64,000 bases of DNA, from contig JBCNVB010000025.1 of assembly GCA_039630415.1 (NCBI GenBank), forward strand, positions 1 to 64,000, written 5' to 3'. Within the stretch, counting starts at the first letter, position 1, and each line of letters starts with the position of its first letter. The position numbers were made by a program, and so were the translations under genes. Shown piece after piece: positions 9,520-20,568 of this stretch. The stretch is from a bacterium (GTDB lineage: Bacteria; DRYD01). Below the pieces are notes generated by a model. That model did no database searches and had not been told where the DNA came from. It saw only the letters and a list, made by a program, of their open reading frames with translations.

Positions 9520-11495
9520 TGAACAAAATTATAAAACTGGTACTTATAATAATCCTTCTGTTTGAATTAGCAACACCCATAAGCTTTCTAACAATACCGG
9601 AAGAAGAAACGCCTCAATCCCAAGAAACAGAATATAAACCCAAAGACTTATCCAATCAAAAAGATAAATCTCAAACACAAAAACCAAGAAAAAATAACAA
9701 AAAATCATACAAACCTGACTCTGTCGACCAATCTCATCAAAACTATCAAATATATCCTCAACCCCCATCGATAAGTAACCAGCAATTCACAATAGACAAT
9801 CAACAATATACTTTGAGATTAAAAACTACGGATCCCAAAGGTATTCTAGTACAATCACAAGTGATCATTCAGACTTCGTCACAAAAACAATATAAACAAG
9901 TTGGACACACCTTTGAATTTAAAAACCTTGAAAAAGGTAAAGTAATAATTTCTGTAATTCCAAATGCCTCATACCTACAGACTATAAACATAAACACTGA
10001 AATTCATCAAGACTCAGACATATCCATAACCTTACCACCCTCAGAATTCAAGGTGTTACTAATCATTTCAGACACTAGTGGTGTTTCCTATCCACCTCTG
10101 AATAAGCTTAATTACAAAATATACTTGAACAATACAGAATACAGTAAGTTCAAATATCAAAACAATACAATCATCATACCAATAATTTCTCAAAAATCTC
10201 AATCCTTGGAAATAGATAAACTTACCCAAGAAGAGATATCAAGAAAGATTAAACTAGTACCAATTCTCCCGACCATAGAAATTGCATTCAAAGATAACAA
10301 AGACTACTATGATTACGTATCAAGAGTAAAATTAACTCCTGAGTTAGTAAGGAATAAATATCCACAGTATAAAAGATTGATAATTTTAGAGAAAAAGCAA
10401 ATATCTGAATATCTGAAACTTATACCTTTGTTTTTAATACTTACAGTACTGTCAATTTTAGCTTTTCTGAGTATGAGACTAATACCAACTTTGATTCAAA
10501 AATTAAGACAAAGTATGGTAAAACCAAGTCCATCAAATAAAAAACTATCATTAAGGTCCATGTTAAAATCATCTACTTCGAATGAATCATCTGTATCAAT
10601 TCCAGTAACAATTCCTGCAACTTTACCATCTCAACAATCACAACCCACTTCCAATTCTAGTTCTATTTCAAATCCGATGGTAGGAGATTATGTTCTTTTG
10701 GAAAGAGTAGGAAGTGGAGCTACTGCAGTAGTATATAAAGCCCAAAATATAAAAAATAAATCAATCGTTGCTCTAAAACTAATACATAAACATCTATTCA
10801 CAGAAAGCTGGTTCAAAGAAAGAATAGAAAACGAAATACAAATAAACAAAATACTTTCTCATCCAAACATAATAAAAATTCTAGACTATAACCTTGAAAA
10901 TGATCAACCCTATTTAGTTTTCGAATTCGTACAGGGTAAAAGTTTGACAAAAATACTAGAAGAAAAGAAAAAATTACCCTTAGATAAAGCCTTAAACATA
11001 TGGATCCAAATTTTGGAAGCTCTAGATTATGCTCATCAAAAAGGAATAGTCCATCGTGACCTTAAACCAGATAATATCCTAATTCAAGACGAAAAAGTAA
11101 AGATAACAGACTTTGGAATATCCAAAAAAATCAATAAAACACTAAATATAACCCAAGAATTTGTAGGTACCCCCTGGTATATGTCACCAGAACAAATAAA
11201 AAATCAGAAAGTAGACAATAGAAGTGACATATACTCTCTTGGAGTAATAGTTTATCAAATGCTAACAGGAAAACTACCTTTCGACGCTTCAGAAAATATT
11301 TACGCTATCTTCAAGGCTCACATGTTTGATACTCCAATAAGTACCAACCTTACCTTCGAAGATACCTATGTACCACCAGATATAGAGAAAATAATAAGAA
11401 AAATGTTAGAAAAAGAGCCCAAAAAAAGATATCAATACTGCCAGGAAATAATTCAAGATTTAACTCCCTACATAATCACTTTCTCTAAAAAATAG
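9516..11495 (+). CDS. membrane Ser/Thr protein kinase with C-terminal kinase domain
   Basis: N-terminal signal-like segment, internal TM (LIPLFLILTVLSILAFL), GSGATAVV, VALK, HRDLKPDN, DFG, YMSPEQ. Confidence 0.92.
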   Translation: MMNKIIKLVLIIILLFELATPISFLTIPEEETPQSQETEYKPKDLSNQKDKSQTQKPRKNNKKSYKPDSVDQSHQNYQIYPQPPSISNQQFTIDNQQYTLRLKTTDPKGILVQSQVIIQTSSQKQYKQVGHTFEFKNLEKGKVIISVIPNASYLQTININTEIHQDSDISITLPPSEFKVLLIISDTSGVSYPPLNKLNYKIYLNNTEYSKFKYQNNTIIIPIISQKSQSLEIDKLTQEEISRKIKLVPILPTIEIAFKDNKDYYDYVSRVKLTPELVRNKYPQYKRLIILEKKQISEYLKLIPLFLILTVLSILAFLSMRLIPTLIQKLRQSMVKPSPSNKKLSLRSMLKSSTSNESSVSIPVTIPATLPSQQSQPTSNSSSISNPMVGDYVLLERVGSGATAVVYKAQNIKNKSIVALKLIHKHLFTESWFKERIENEIQINKILSHPNIIKILDYNLENDQPYLVFEFVQGKSLTKILEEKKKLPLDKALNIWIQILEALDYAHQKGIVHRDLKPDNILIQDEKVKITDFGISKKINKTLNITQEFVGTPWYMSPEQIKNQKVDNRSDIYSLGVIVYQMLTGKLPFDASENIYAIFKAHMFDTPISTNLTFEDTYVPPDIEKIIRKMLEKEPKKRYQYCQEIIQDLTPYIITFSKK

Positions 11496-11497
11496 CA

Positions 11498-12139
11498 ATG
11501 ATGACACCTATCGAAAAAATAGGTTCCAACATTTACAAATTAACATTAGGTCCATTTTGGACTAACAATTATCTAATCATAAAAAATAACCAATCACTGT
11601 TAATAGATTGCACTAGTAGTTATGAAATTTGTGAACTAATAAAAAGCTTGAATTGCCAGCTGATAGGAATTATTCTAACACATGGACATATAGATCATAC
11701 CTCAGCTGTAAAAAAAATATCCCAAAAGTTTAATTTAATTCCCTACATGAATAGCCAGGACGATATACAACTAAAGATAGCTATGGAAACTTACCAGGAA
11801 TATGGGTTTACTGAGTATGAAATGTTTGAATATCAACATATAGATGAAGGTGATTTGATAATTGGAGATTTTAGGATAAAAGTTATACATACTCCTGGTC
11901 ATACACAAGGAAGCTGTTGCTTTCTGTATGAAGATATTCTCTTTTCCGGTGATACAATTTTTAGAGAATCTATAGGAAGAACAGATTTGCCAGGTGGATC
12001 ATTTGAATTAATTTTATCAAGTATACATAGTAAAATACTTCCGCTAGATGATAATATTTTAGTTCTTCCAGGACATGGACCAATTACTTCTATCAAACAC
12101 GAAAAAAAATATAACCCCTTCGTAAATGCTTATTCGTAG
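11498..12139 (+). CDS. MBL-fold metallo-hydrolase (glyoxalase II-like)
   Basis: THGHIDH, TPGHT, SGDTIF, GRTDLPGG, PGHG. Confidence 0.92.
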   Translation: MMTPIEKIGSNIYKLTLGPFWTNNYLIIKNNQSLLIDCTSSYEICELIKSLNCQLIGIILTHGHIDHTSAVKKISQKFNLIPYMNSQDDIQLKIAMETYQEYGFTEYEMFEYQHIDEGDLIIGDFRIKVIHTPGHTQGSCCFLYEDILFSGDTIFRESIGRTDLPGGSFELILSSIHSKILPLDDNILVLPGHGPITSIKHEKKYNPFVNAYS

Positions 12140-12143
12140 ATTA

Positions 12144-14224
12144 CTAGTAAATAGGTATAAACTTACCCGAACGATCTATCCCGATGTTTATACCCACTAT
12201 TGGTAAAGCTTTTAAATAAGCATAAATATAAAACTGTCTAACAGTACTCCTGTAAACCAAGTAACTAACCCAGCAATGATTATCTTTAACCAAAACAAAA
12301 TCGATATAGTCAATCTTATTTGTGAAAGTATTATAGTTTAGCCAAGCAGTAAGTCTAATATCCTTAGTAACATACCAATCCACATTCGTGTTTATATTAC
12401 CCACTTTTCCTCTCCTAAAATCATAACTAGTAATAATACTTGCATAAAATTTTTGGGAAGGAAAATACTTTAAGTTTATGGATATAGGAGAAATTATTCC
12501 CCGGTTAAGGTTGTAGCTAGTAGATAAGTTCAGGTCGAAAGTTTTATTATCAAAGACAGATAAGTTAGCAGTTAAGTTTTGATAAGTTCCCGTAAAATCT
12601 GCAAATATTGGAGCAAAACCTTTACCAAAATTATATGTATAGTTGATACTCAATCTAAATGACTTTTTGTTTATAGATAAATTCGAATTGAACGAATTGA
12701 CATATGAAGCATGAAAATTTCTATCAGCATAGTATTTACCTGTATTGTAAAAATTTTGTTTGAAAAAACCAGTTGTAACCCAAGAAATCCCTTCACCTTT
12801 GATATGATTTATCACATAATTAACCAATATGTGATACTTTGTTGTTTTTCTTTTAAATGAAGGTTCAGTATACTTACCAATAAAAAATGAAGGAGATAAA
12901 GTTACCCTATCTTTGTATTTTATGGGTCTATTGATTACAATTAAAACTTCTGGAAGTTTATTGACTCCAAAAAAACCAAAATTATTCTTAGTGTTGTCTA
13001 TCAATAGTGAAATGTTATACAATTTAGAATTGTAGTAGAGTGAGAAATTTAGATTTTCATTAACCTGATGTGTATTTGTAAGAAAATACGTGTTCGAATT
13101 TTCTACCCAATTCAATGTAAAATTCAAATTTTTAAAATTACCCGCAACATTTAAAAATTGATTGGAAGAACTAAAATATCCCTCAGTAGAAGTTCTATTA
13201 GCATTATAGTTTATATTTATATCCTTAATGGTTGTAGTAATCCCATAAGAAATTGTTTCATTTAAGGGAGACACAAAGTTTCTGTAGATAGACCTGTTAC
13301 TAGAATATCTGAAATAGGCAGTAGTATTTTTGTAGTATAAATTTATGTCAGAATTTATATTTCTGTACCCACTACCGTATTTTTTATTATTGTTAACAAA
13401 CAAGTAATTTCTAGTTTCTATTTTTATATCACGAATATTGAAAGAAAAAAAGTTAGATATACCGTAATACAAGCCAGTTTTCTGAGCATATTTAGATAAA
13501 ATTCTACCATAGTTAGTATTTGAGAAGTAATAATCTATGTTACGGATAATGAAGAATCCATCAACTTCATTGTATCCAACTTGAGGAAAAACTGAAGTAT
13601 CTTCTTGGGGTAATCCCCTGGGTAATTTTTTTCTCTTTAAGGGTATTATCAATTTCCTATATCCCAACACCTTTTTTTTGTATAAAAACAGTTTAGAGCT
13701 TGTTAATATCATTTTATCATCGGGTATAACTTCAACTTCATATGCACCTAACAAGTAATGCTTATCATCGAAGCAATTGTAATGATCCAAATTACACGTA
13801 GAAAACTTAACGTTATTGAATATGTACTTATTAGAAAATATTTTAAAATTAGAATATTCAAAGAAGAGTTTATCAACTAATTCAAATTCTGGTTTAGATG
13901 CTATATATCCTGATCCCTTTTGTCCAGTAATAAACTCTATCTTACCTTGATCGGTGTACTGTGCTTGAGTATTTGAGGATACTAACTCATCTCCAGTAAC
14001 TAGATTTTTTATGTAGGTTTTCTCCGGGAATATTATTTTTTTTTGAACTTTATCAATAATAGCTTTGGAAGATTTTATCCAGTATTGATCAGAATAGATT
14101 TCTATGTATTGACTAGCTACGATTTTTTCTGGATCCGAGGTGATTTCTGGAGAGTATATTATTAAATTGGTTTGACTAGCTTGAGCTTTACATAGTAAGA
14201 TTAATAAGATAAAAAAAAAATCAT
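12144..14224 (-). CDS. LptD-like outer-membrane beta-barrel protein; start separated by a frameshift at a T10 tract
   Basis: FSTC motif, Tyr/Asn/Phe-rich beta-strand pattern, DNHCW near the C-terminus. ATG 14224 joins the signal-peptide frame only if T10 (14211-14220) is T11. Confidence 0.65.
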
Positions 14225-14233
14225 GTTCTAGAG

Positions 14234-14307
14234 CAGGGCGGAGAGGATTTGAACCCCCGACCAATGGATTTGGAGTCCACCGCTCTACCAGACTGAGCTA
14301 CCGCCCT
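14234..14307 (-). tRNA. tRNA-Trp(CCA anticodon), 3' CCA not encoded
   Basis: AGGGCGG acceptor stem, GTGGA-CTCCAAA-TCCAT anticodon arm, GGTTCAAATCC T-arm. Confidence 0.95.
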
Positions 14308-14331
14308 TCCCTTTATCTCTTTGACAACCAC

Positions 14332-14622
14332 CTAACTTATCCTCTTCCTCGTATAATTTGAATACCATCTACTTAACACATACCTCCAAAACAATCCACT
14401 GAATAGTAGGTAAACTAGAAAACCTAAACTATAATAATAAAAGTTCGGAAAAATCCTTATAAACAGTAAAATAAGCAAAACAATTATCGAGTATCTGAAG
14501 AAACTATACATAAAAAAATCTGGCTTACTTTTCATTAGAATATATGCTATTCTACTAACACCATCAATAAAGATTAGTAAAAAAAGGAAGAGAATAAAAA
14601 TAAAAAGCTCAAGCACATTCAT
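14332..14622 (-). CDS. small hypothetical membrane protein
   Basis: 96 aa, about three hydrophobic helices, overlaps the pilT stop. Confidence 0.6.
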   Translation of the reverse strand: MNVLELFIFILFLFLLIFIDGVSRIAYILMKSKPDFFMYSFFRYSIIVLLILLFIRIFPNFYYYSLGFLVYLLFSGLFWRYVLSRWYSNYTRKRIS

Positions 14623-15668
14623 TCAATTAGCCTAGCTATAACCTCCCTGTTTATTGCATATCTGTAAGCAGTTTCCTTAGTTATTATCCCTTTTTTGTAC
14701 AATTCACTTAACCTTGATTCTAAGGATATCATTCCCGCTTCTCTTCCGGTGTATAGAACATTGTATAATTGGTGATGTTCTCCCTTTCTTATTAAGTTTC
14801 TGACAGCAGTATTGGCAACCACCACTTCATAAGCCACTACTAAACCTCCCTCAATCGTAGGGACTAAAATCTGAGATATGGATCCATTGAGAATGTTCGC
14901 TAATTGAGTCCTTACTTGACTCTGTTGAGAAGAGGGAAATACATCTACTATTCTATCTATTGTGTTGACTATTCCAAAAGTATGAAGCGTTGAAAATACT
15001 AAGTGTCCTGTTTCTGCCGCTGTTAAAGCTAGTGATATACTTTCCATGTCCCTCATCTCACCAATTAAAATAACATCAGGATCCTGTCTTAAAACATGTC
15101 TAAGTGCTTCATTAAACGAAAGAGTATCTACACCTATCTCCCTTTGATGTATCACAGACTTTTTGTTTATATGAATGTACTCAATCGGATCCTCAACGGT
15201 AATAATATGTTTAGAGTAGTTATTGTTTATATAATCTATCATAGCAGCTAGTGTAGTTGATTTGCCTACACCAGTTGGACCAGTTACCAAAAAGAATCCT
15301 CTTTCATATGAAGCCATATCGGCAAGTACACTCGGTAGACCTAATTCTTCAATTGTTTTTATTTTTAAGGGTATGGATCTAATAGCAGCTGCTATAGTAC
15401 CTCTTTGAAAATACAGATTTCCCCTAAATCTACCTATCCCTTCCAAAGTATATGAAAAATCAAGTTCCTTTTTCTTTTCAAACTCCTCAATTTGTTCAGA
15501 TGTAAGAATAGCAAAAACCATACTTCTAATCATATCATTAGTCAAGGGTGGGAAATTGAGGGCCTTCAATTTCCCTTTAATCCTAAAAATAGGAGGTGAA
15601 CCTACACCCAAATGTAGGTCACTAGCCTCAAACTTATGCATATTCTCTAACAATTCAAATATTAGCAT
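14619..15668 (-). CDS. pilT: type IV pilus retraction ATPase
   Basis: ASDLHL, GPTGVGKST, TVEDPIE, LRQDPDVILIGEMRD, AETGHLV, AVRNLIR; likely start MLIFELL. Confidence 0.93.
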   Translation of the reverse strand: MLIFELLENMHKFEASDLHLGVGSPPIFRIKGKLKALNFPPLTNDMIRSMVFAILTSEQIEEFEKKKELDFSYTLEGIGRFRGNLYFQRGTIAAAIRSIPLKIKTIEELGLPSVLADMASYERGFFLVTGPTGVGKSTTLAAMIDYINNNYSKHIITVEDPIEYIHINKKSVIHQREIGVDTLSFNEALRHVLRQDPDVILIGEMRDMESISLALTAAETGHLVFSTLHTFGIVNTIDRIVDVFPSSQQSQVRTQLANILNGSISQILVPTIEGGLVVAYEVVVANTAVRNLIRKGEHHQLYNVLYTGREAGMISLESRLSELYKKGIITKETAYRYAINREVIARLIE

Positions 15669-16839
15669 TTTCCAACCACCTACCAATCTCAGTTATCTCC
15701 ACATTCTTGTAATAATATTTTACGATCTCTTTATATGTAAACCCCCTTTTAGCTAGTTCATTAGCTCCAAATTGACACATTCCTACACCGTGCCCAAATC
15801 CTACACCCTCAAATAACACATTTCCTCCCCTTAAAACAGTATGTGTAAAATATGGACTTCTTATTTTACTATATCCTATCATTTTCCTCAATTCCCAGTT
15901 ATACAAACTATAAACTACTCCTTGATTGTAGACGATATATGTTTTAAAACTATTAGTATAAACATTTTCAATCGAATATACTTTGTTTTTTGTAACCTTT
16001 TGTAAAATTTGGGCAAGATTGTAAATTTCTATCTCTAGATTCCATTTTTTCCCCTGATAAGGGCAATCTGTGGAAGAAAGGTAATCTTGTGAAGATTCTA
16101 TTCTATTTTTGAATACGAGTCTACCATCAAGAGTATGTCCACCACAGTTAGAATGGTATAAGGCCCAAATCGGTTGGTTGTCATACAGTATAATTAAGTC
16201 TTTAGTTTCAAGAACCGCCTGATCCGTTCTTGAAGTTTCTTTATCTTTTCCGTAGTAAGCTTGATCTAGCACAGTAGAGTACAAGTCAAAAATTTGTTGT
16301 TTTTTTCTACGTTCAATGGCAACTCTTATTGCATAAGTTCTTGCAGCGATTGCCTGAGCTTTCAAAGCCTCCATATGCCAAGAAGAAGGCATCTCCGAAG
16401 GAACTACAGCCCTAAGATAATCCTCCATACTAACTAGATTTATCAAAAGATAATATCCATTCTCCGGTACTATTAAAAATTTACCCCTATACCTTCTGTC
16501 TTTGTACAGCAAATCCTCACTAGATAAGAGCATCAAATCCTTATAATTTTCAATAGTATTAACACTATCATACATATGATCATAGTAGAATTTTAGAATA
16601 GGATTAAGGGTTATGATAGTTAGTTGATTAGCCAAAGTAAATCCACCTTGGTAGATAGTGGGGAAAGTATATGTAGAATATCTCAAACTTATTCCATTTC
16701 CCTTAAATACTATGTTTGTTTGATCCTTTTCCATCCTTTCTATTAGTACTCTTAAAGTTTCAAGTTCTTGCTTTGTTATACTATAGCATGTAGCCATTAT
16801 TAAACATAGGAGAGCTAATACAAATAAAAATTTTTTCAT
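15655..16839 (-). CDS. SpoIID/LytB domain lytic transglycosylase
   Basis: EDYLRAVVPSEM, EALKAQAIAARTYA, GFGHGVGMCQ; signal peptide. Confidence 0.92.
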   Translation of the reverse strand: MKKFLFVLALLCLIMATCYSITKQELETLRVLIERMEKDQTNIVFKGNGISLRYSTYTFPTIYQGGFTLANQLTIITLNPILKFYYDHMYDSVNTIENYKDLMLLSSEDLLYKDRRYRGKFLIVPENGYYLLINLVSMEDYLRAVVPSEMPSSWHMEALKAQAIAARTYAIRVAIERRKKQQIFDLYSTVLDQAYYGKDKETSRTDQAVLETKDLIILYDNQPIWALYHSNCGGHTLDGRLVFKNRIESSQDYLSSTDCPYQGKKWNLEIEIYNLAQILQKVTKNKVYSIENVYTNSFKTYIVYNQGVVYSLYNWELRKMIGYSKIRSPYFTHTVLRGGNVLFEGVGFGHGVGMCQFGANELAKRGFTYKEIVKYYYKNVEITEIGRWLENANI

Positions 16840-16845
16840 ATTTTG

Positions 16846-17691
16846 TTACCTCCTCAGGAGTTTATATAGGTTTTGCACGGTAGATAAGTTACATAGTAAC
16901 CCTATACCTCCTGGGACAATAGATACTGCTTTTGCTATTCCCTTTACCCTTTCTATATCCACATCACCTTTAATAACACCATTAACAACTTCGAATCCCA
17001 CATCAATTACTACTGAATTTTGATTTACAAATTTTTCATTTATAAGACCTACTTTCCCAGTGGCAGAAATTATTATGTCCGCCTTATTACACTTTTCTTC
17101 AGGATTAACACTATGTTCATTAAGAATTTGAACAGTACAGTTGTATTTCAACATGAAGTTAGCTATAGCCAATCCTGTATATAAACTTTTACCAAGAACC
17201 ACTATATCTTTCCTTTCAAAATCTATCTCATAATGATCAAGCATCAGGTAAACAGCATTTGCAACAGACGGAATAACTAATTCTGATAATTCCTCTTTCA
17301 TAGCTGTTAAGAATCTATAATAATTATAAGGATTCAAACAATCTAAGTCTTTGTATATATTTATTTCCCCTAAACATTCGTTACTAAACCCTTGAGGAAG
17401 AGGTAACTCAACATTTATACCCACAGTTTTCGGATCTTTTGAAAAATATCCGATTAATTCTATAAATTCCTCCTGATTCTGTGGATTAACTAGCTCAACT
17501 TGTAGACCAAGACTAGAAAATATTTTACTCTGATTGATAGAAAAATAGTTATTATTTCTGGTTTTGAAGTAAAAAACAGCTACTCTATAATCTGACGGTT
17601 TATTAAGAATAGAGTGGATTTTATTTTTGTATACTTCAAGATACTCCTTGTAGAATTTTCCACTAAGAAGTATAGTTTTTAAACCTTTCAT
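16846..17691 (-). CDS. folD: methylenetetrahydrofolate dehydrogenase/cyclohydrolase (divergent)
   Basis: ELPLP, KDLD, ADIIISATG, VIDVG, GDVD, VPGGIG. Confidence 0.85.
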   Translation of the reverse strand: MKGLKTILLSGKFYKEYLEVYKNKIHSILNKPSDYRVAVFYFKTRNNNYFSINQSKIFSSLGLQVELVNPQNQEEFIELIGYFSKDPKTVGINVELPLPQGFSNECLGEINIYKDLDCLNPYNYYRFLTAMKEELSELVIPSVANAVYLMLDHYEIDFERKDIVVLGKSLYTGLAIANFMLKYNCTVQILNEHSVNPEEKCNKADIIISATGKVGLINEKFVNQNSVVIDVGFEVVNGVIKGDVDIERVKGIAKAVSIVPGGIGLLCNLSTVQNLYKLLRR

Positions 17692-17692
17692 C

Positions 17693-18349
17693 TTACGGTT
17701 TTGTTAAGTGACCGGGGATAATTTTGATTCTATGCGGTGGGAAAATTATCATAACTGCTTTTGCTTTTATTTGTTTTGAATTTACAAAAGGCTCAGACCA
17801 TAGGTGACTATCATAACTGTTAGGTCTATTATCACCCAAAAAAAAGTAACTATCCGCAGGAACTTTCACAGGACCATAATCATAATAATCCTTATACACT
17901 ACATACTCCTCAGCATAGTAAACATCATTGACATATAATCTACCATCAACTATCATTATTTTATCATTGGGTTTACCAATTAGCCTTTTTATGTACAGCC
18001 TATCGTCTACAGGAGGTTTAAATATGACAATATCCCCTCTTTCAAAGTTCAATACACCATCTTTATAAAACCAGTGTTTATTAAGTCCAATAACAACATC
18101 ACCAGGTTTTAGATAAGGCTCCATTGATGAGGAAGGTATAATATATAGTCTTCCAACTATTAAGATGAACAAAAGTGCAAAAACAGCTGCCGTAAGAATA
18201 CTATCAACCCACTCCAAAACAGTCTTCTTCGTTAATTTTCTAAGAAATGAAGGTAACCAAAATTTAGGAAATGAAAAGATATCCTTGGCTATCCCTATTC
18301 TTATTAAAAGTGTAGTGATTACTAGAACAAATAGCCCCCATTCACTCAT
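17693..18349 (-). CDS. lepB: signal peptidase I
   Basis: IPSSSMEP (Ser), YIKRLIG (Lys), GDNRPNSYDS. Confidence 0.93.
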   Translation of the reverse strand: MSEWGLFVLVITTLLIRIGIAKDIFSFPKFWLPSFLRKLTKKTVLEWVDSILTAAVFALLFILIVGRLYIIPSSSMEPYLKPGDVVIGLNKHWFYKDGVLNFERGDIVIFKPPVDDRLYIKRLIGKPNDKIMIVDGRLYVNDVYYAEEYVVYKDYYDYGPVKVPADSYFFLGDNRPNSYDSHLWSEPFVNSKQIKAKAVMIIFPPHRIKIIPGHLTKP

Positions 18350-19176
18350 TAACTATTGTTTATATTCTTAACTATTTCTTGATAGTCCTCTAGATCCTGC
18401 CTTTTATCTATATTGAAGGCCAAATTAGCAAAAGTGGTTAACAACCCTTGAGGTTTTATACCAAATACTCTTTCAACCTGTTCCTCTAACTGCAAAACCG
18501 TAATCCTACCTAAAATCAGATTTAGCAACCAAAGAAAATTAATCCTAAACAACCTAGCCATTTTTAATGGATTTTTTCTATTTTCTATGATATAAATTAA
18601 ATTGTCCCATATCTTAAGTAAGGACCTTTTATTTACAATAACTATTCCCGTTCCACAAAACTTGTCCCTTGCTAATTTTACAAAAGTTCTGTTTCTTATA
18701 GCTTTTTTACCCAATTGAACTATATATGACTCAATACTTACAAAAGGGTAAAATAAATCACCATCAAGTATGGAAAATCTCATAATGATATCTTCAACAG
18801 CTTCGCTAGTAACCAGAGGTGTATCTGTTGCAATAAAACATATGTAATCATCATCTTGTAGGTAATTTTTAATTGCTTGAAAAGAATTATCGATAGTTTG
18901 GTATAATTTTTGTCCTCCTAAAACCAGCTCAACAGGGTAATTCGTAGTTAACTGCTTAAAATCATTTTCATAATTTAGAGGATAAGTCACAATCGATCTA
19001 TTTATATGTACGTCAAGTTTTTGATAATTTACAGAAAAAAAAGCATTCATAACAGTTTCTAAGATAGTAGTTTTCAGGTGAGTTTGTATCAAAGCTTTGG
19101 GTTTATCATCTAGCAAACCAGAAGCTAAAAAAACTAAGCTTAGATTTCTTTTTTTTGAGCTAGTAATAGTATCCAT
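18349..19176 (-). CDS. MobA-like NTP transferase domain protein
   Basis: LASG...PKAL, ATDTP, RKNPLKMA, NIDK pattern. Confidence 0.65.
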   Translation of the reverse strand: MDTITSSKKRNLSLVFLASGLLDDKPKALIQTHLKTTILETVMNAFFSVNYQKLDVHINRSIVTYPLNYENDFKQLTTNYPVELVLGGQKLYQTIDNSFQAIKNYLQDDDYICFIATDTPLVTSEAVEDIIMRFSILDGDLFYPFVSIESYIVQLGKKAIRNRTFVKLARDKFCGTGIVIVNKRSLLKIWDNLIYIIENRKNPLKMARLFRINFLWLLNLILGRITVLQLEEQVERVFGIKPQGLLTTFANLAFNIDKRQDLEDYQEIVKNINNS

Positions 19177-20045
19177 TCTTGTAAACTATTTGTCTGCCAT
19201 CGATAGTTAGACAAATAATTATCAAAATTTTCTTCATCCATTCTTTTGATAAATAATTCTTCACTTTCGCCTCTTATCTTCCTTATTCCGGACATAATTA
19301 TAAGATCAAAAAAAATATTTTCATTAGCAAAAAACTTAAATACCATACCGAGAACTATTGAAGGCACATTGATTATTAAAATCGCCTTATCAAAATTCGA
19401 AAGCAATTTTTTAAAATTAATCATCTTGGGATTGTTCGAGAGCATACAGCCAACCTCAACTTTATTATAGTTATAATTATTGATAGCTTCTTTTAGATAG
19501 GAAAATTCACAGTCTATAGATATTACATAGCTGTTAGGAACTAGTTTTTTGCAAGCTATGGAAAGAATCCCGCTTCCGGAACCATAATCCAAAATCACTA
19601 CCCTTGAGCTCTGATATTGTTTCAGTATTTTAAGATTATTGAGTATAAGTTTAGTGGTTGGATGAGTTCCAGTTCCTTCTGCAAAACTCAATGACCTTAT
19701 TATTATCGGTATTTTTGAATACTCTCCTAAACGAGGAGTTATTATAAAATCATCTAATTCCACATCCTCCGTTAAATCTATAATTAATTTCTCATACTCT
19801 TCTTGACTAATATATGAATACCAAATCCTAAAATCCAGCCCCTTAAGATTATCGTAAATATAACTGTATAGTTCTCTACAAAAAGAACTAAACTTTTTGG
19901 GAATAATCATCAAAGTTGGCGGATTAATGCTTCTAAAAGCTACTAACTTGACACTTAAAAGAGTAATAAAGCAAACAATTCTGGAAGATACTTGTAAATC
20001 CTTAAAAGCAATATTTACAACCAGTTCCATATGGTGCACTATCAA
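19140..20045 (-). CDS. prmA: PrmA-like ribosomal protein L11 methyltransferase (divergent)
   Basis: GTGTHPTT and LDYGSGSGILSI SAM motif. Confidence 0.75.
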   Translation of the reverse strand: MIVHHMELVVNIAFKDLQVSSRIVCFITLLSVKLVAFRSINPPTLMIIPKKFSSFCRELYSYIYDNLKGLDFRIWYSYISQEEYEKLIIDLTEDVELDDFIITPRLGEYSKIPIIIRSLSFAEGTGTHPTTKLILNNLKILKQYQSSRVVILDYGSGSGILSIACKKLVPNSYVISIDCEFSYLKEAINNYNYNKVEVGCMLSNNPKMINFKKLLSNFDKAILIINVPSIVLGMVFKFFANENIFFDLIIMSGIRKIRGESEELFIKRMDEENFDNYLSNYRWQTNSLQEWILLLAQKKEI

Positions 20046-20051
20046 TTGAAC

Positions 20052-20558
20052 TTATCTTCTAAACTTATGGACCACTATGTAGTAAACAAGCTTTCTAGAT
20101 AGCTTGTTTTGATAATTTACTGATCTTCTGTTGTAAACATAAAAAGCAATTTCATACACCATATATGAATTGAACAAGGGTACTGAGTCTATTTTCCAAT
20201 ATATCATGTCACTTATTTTTCTGACTCTAGTTTTAGTTTCACCGCGTATGAATCTCAAAGTTTCATGTAATTGTTTTGGTTTACTTTTATATAGCACGAA
20301 GGTAGTTTTATCAAGATGAATCTCATCCCTTTCTTGAGTTTGAACAATATTGACATAGTACGAAGAAATAAGTTCATCTTCTATTCTTATGCCTATTTCT
20401 TTGGCTTCAAGCGAGTCAGAACTTAAAAACATCCATTCATTCTTAGCTCTTTGATATACTGCAGTTACTTGAGCTATTATTGTAATTAGGAAAGAAAATA
20501 TCGCTATTACTATTACCAATTCCACCAAAGAAAAAGCAAATTTACTATTAGTTTTCAT
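20052..20558 (-). CDS. prepilin-type N-terminal cleavage/methylation domain protein
   Basis: AFSLVEL class III signal followed by a hydrophobic helix. Confidence 0.8.
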   Translation of the reverse strand: MKTNSKFAFSLVELVIVIAIFSFLITIIAQVTAVYQRAKNEWMFLSSDSLEAKEIGIRIEDELISSYYVNIVQTQERDEIHLDKTTFVLYKSKPKQLHETLRFIRGETKTRVRKISDMIYWKIDSVPLFNSYMVYEIAFYVYNRRSVNYQNKLSRKLVYYIVVHKFRR

Positions 20559-20568
20559 AATTTAATCA

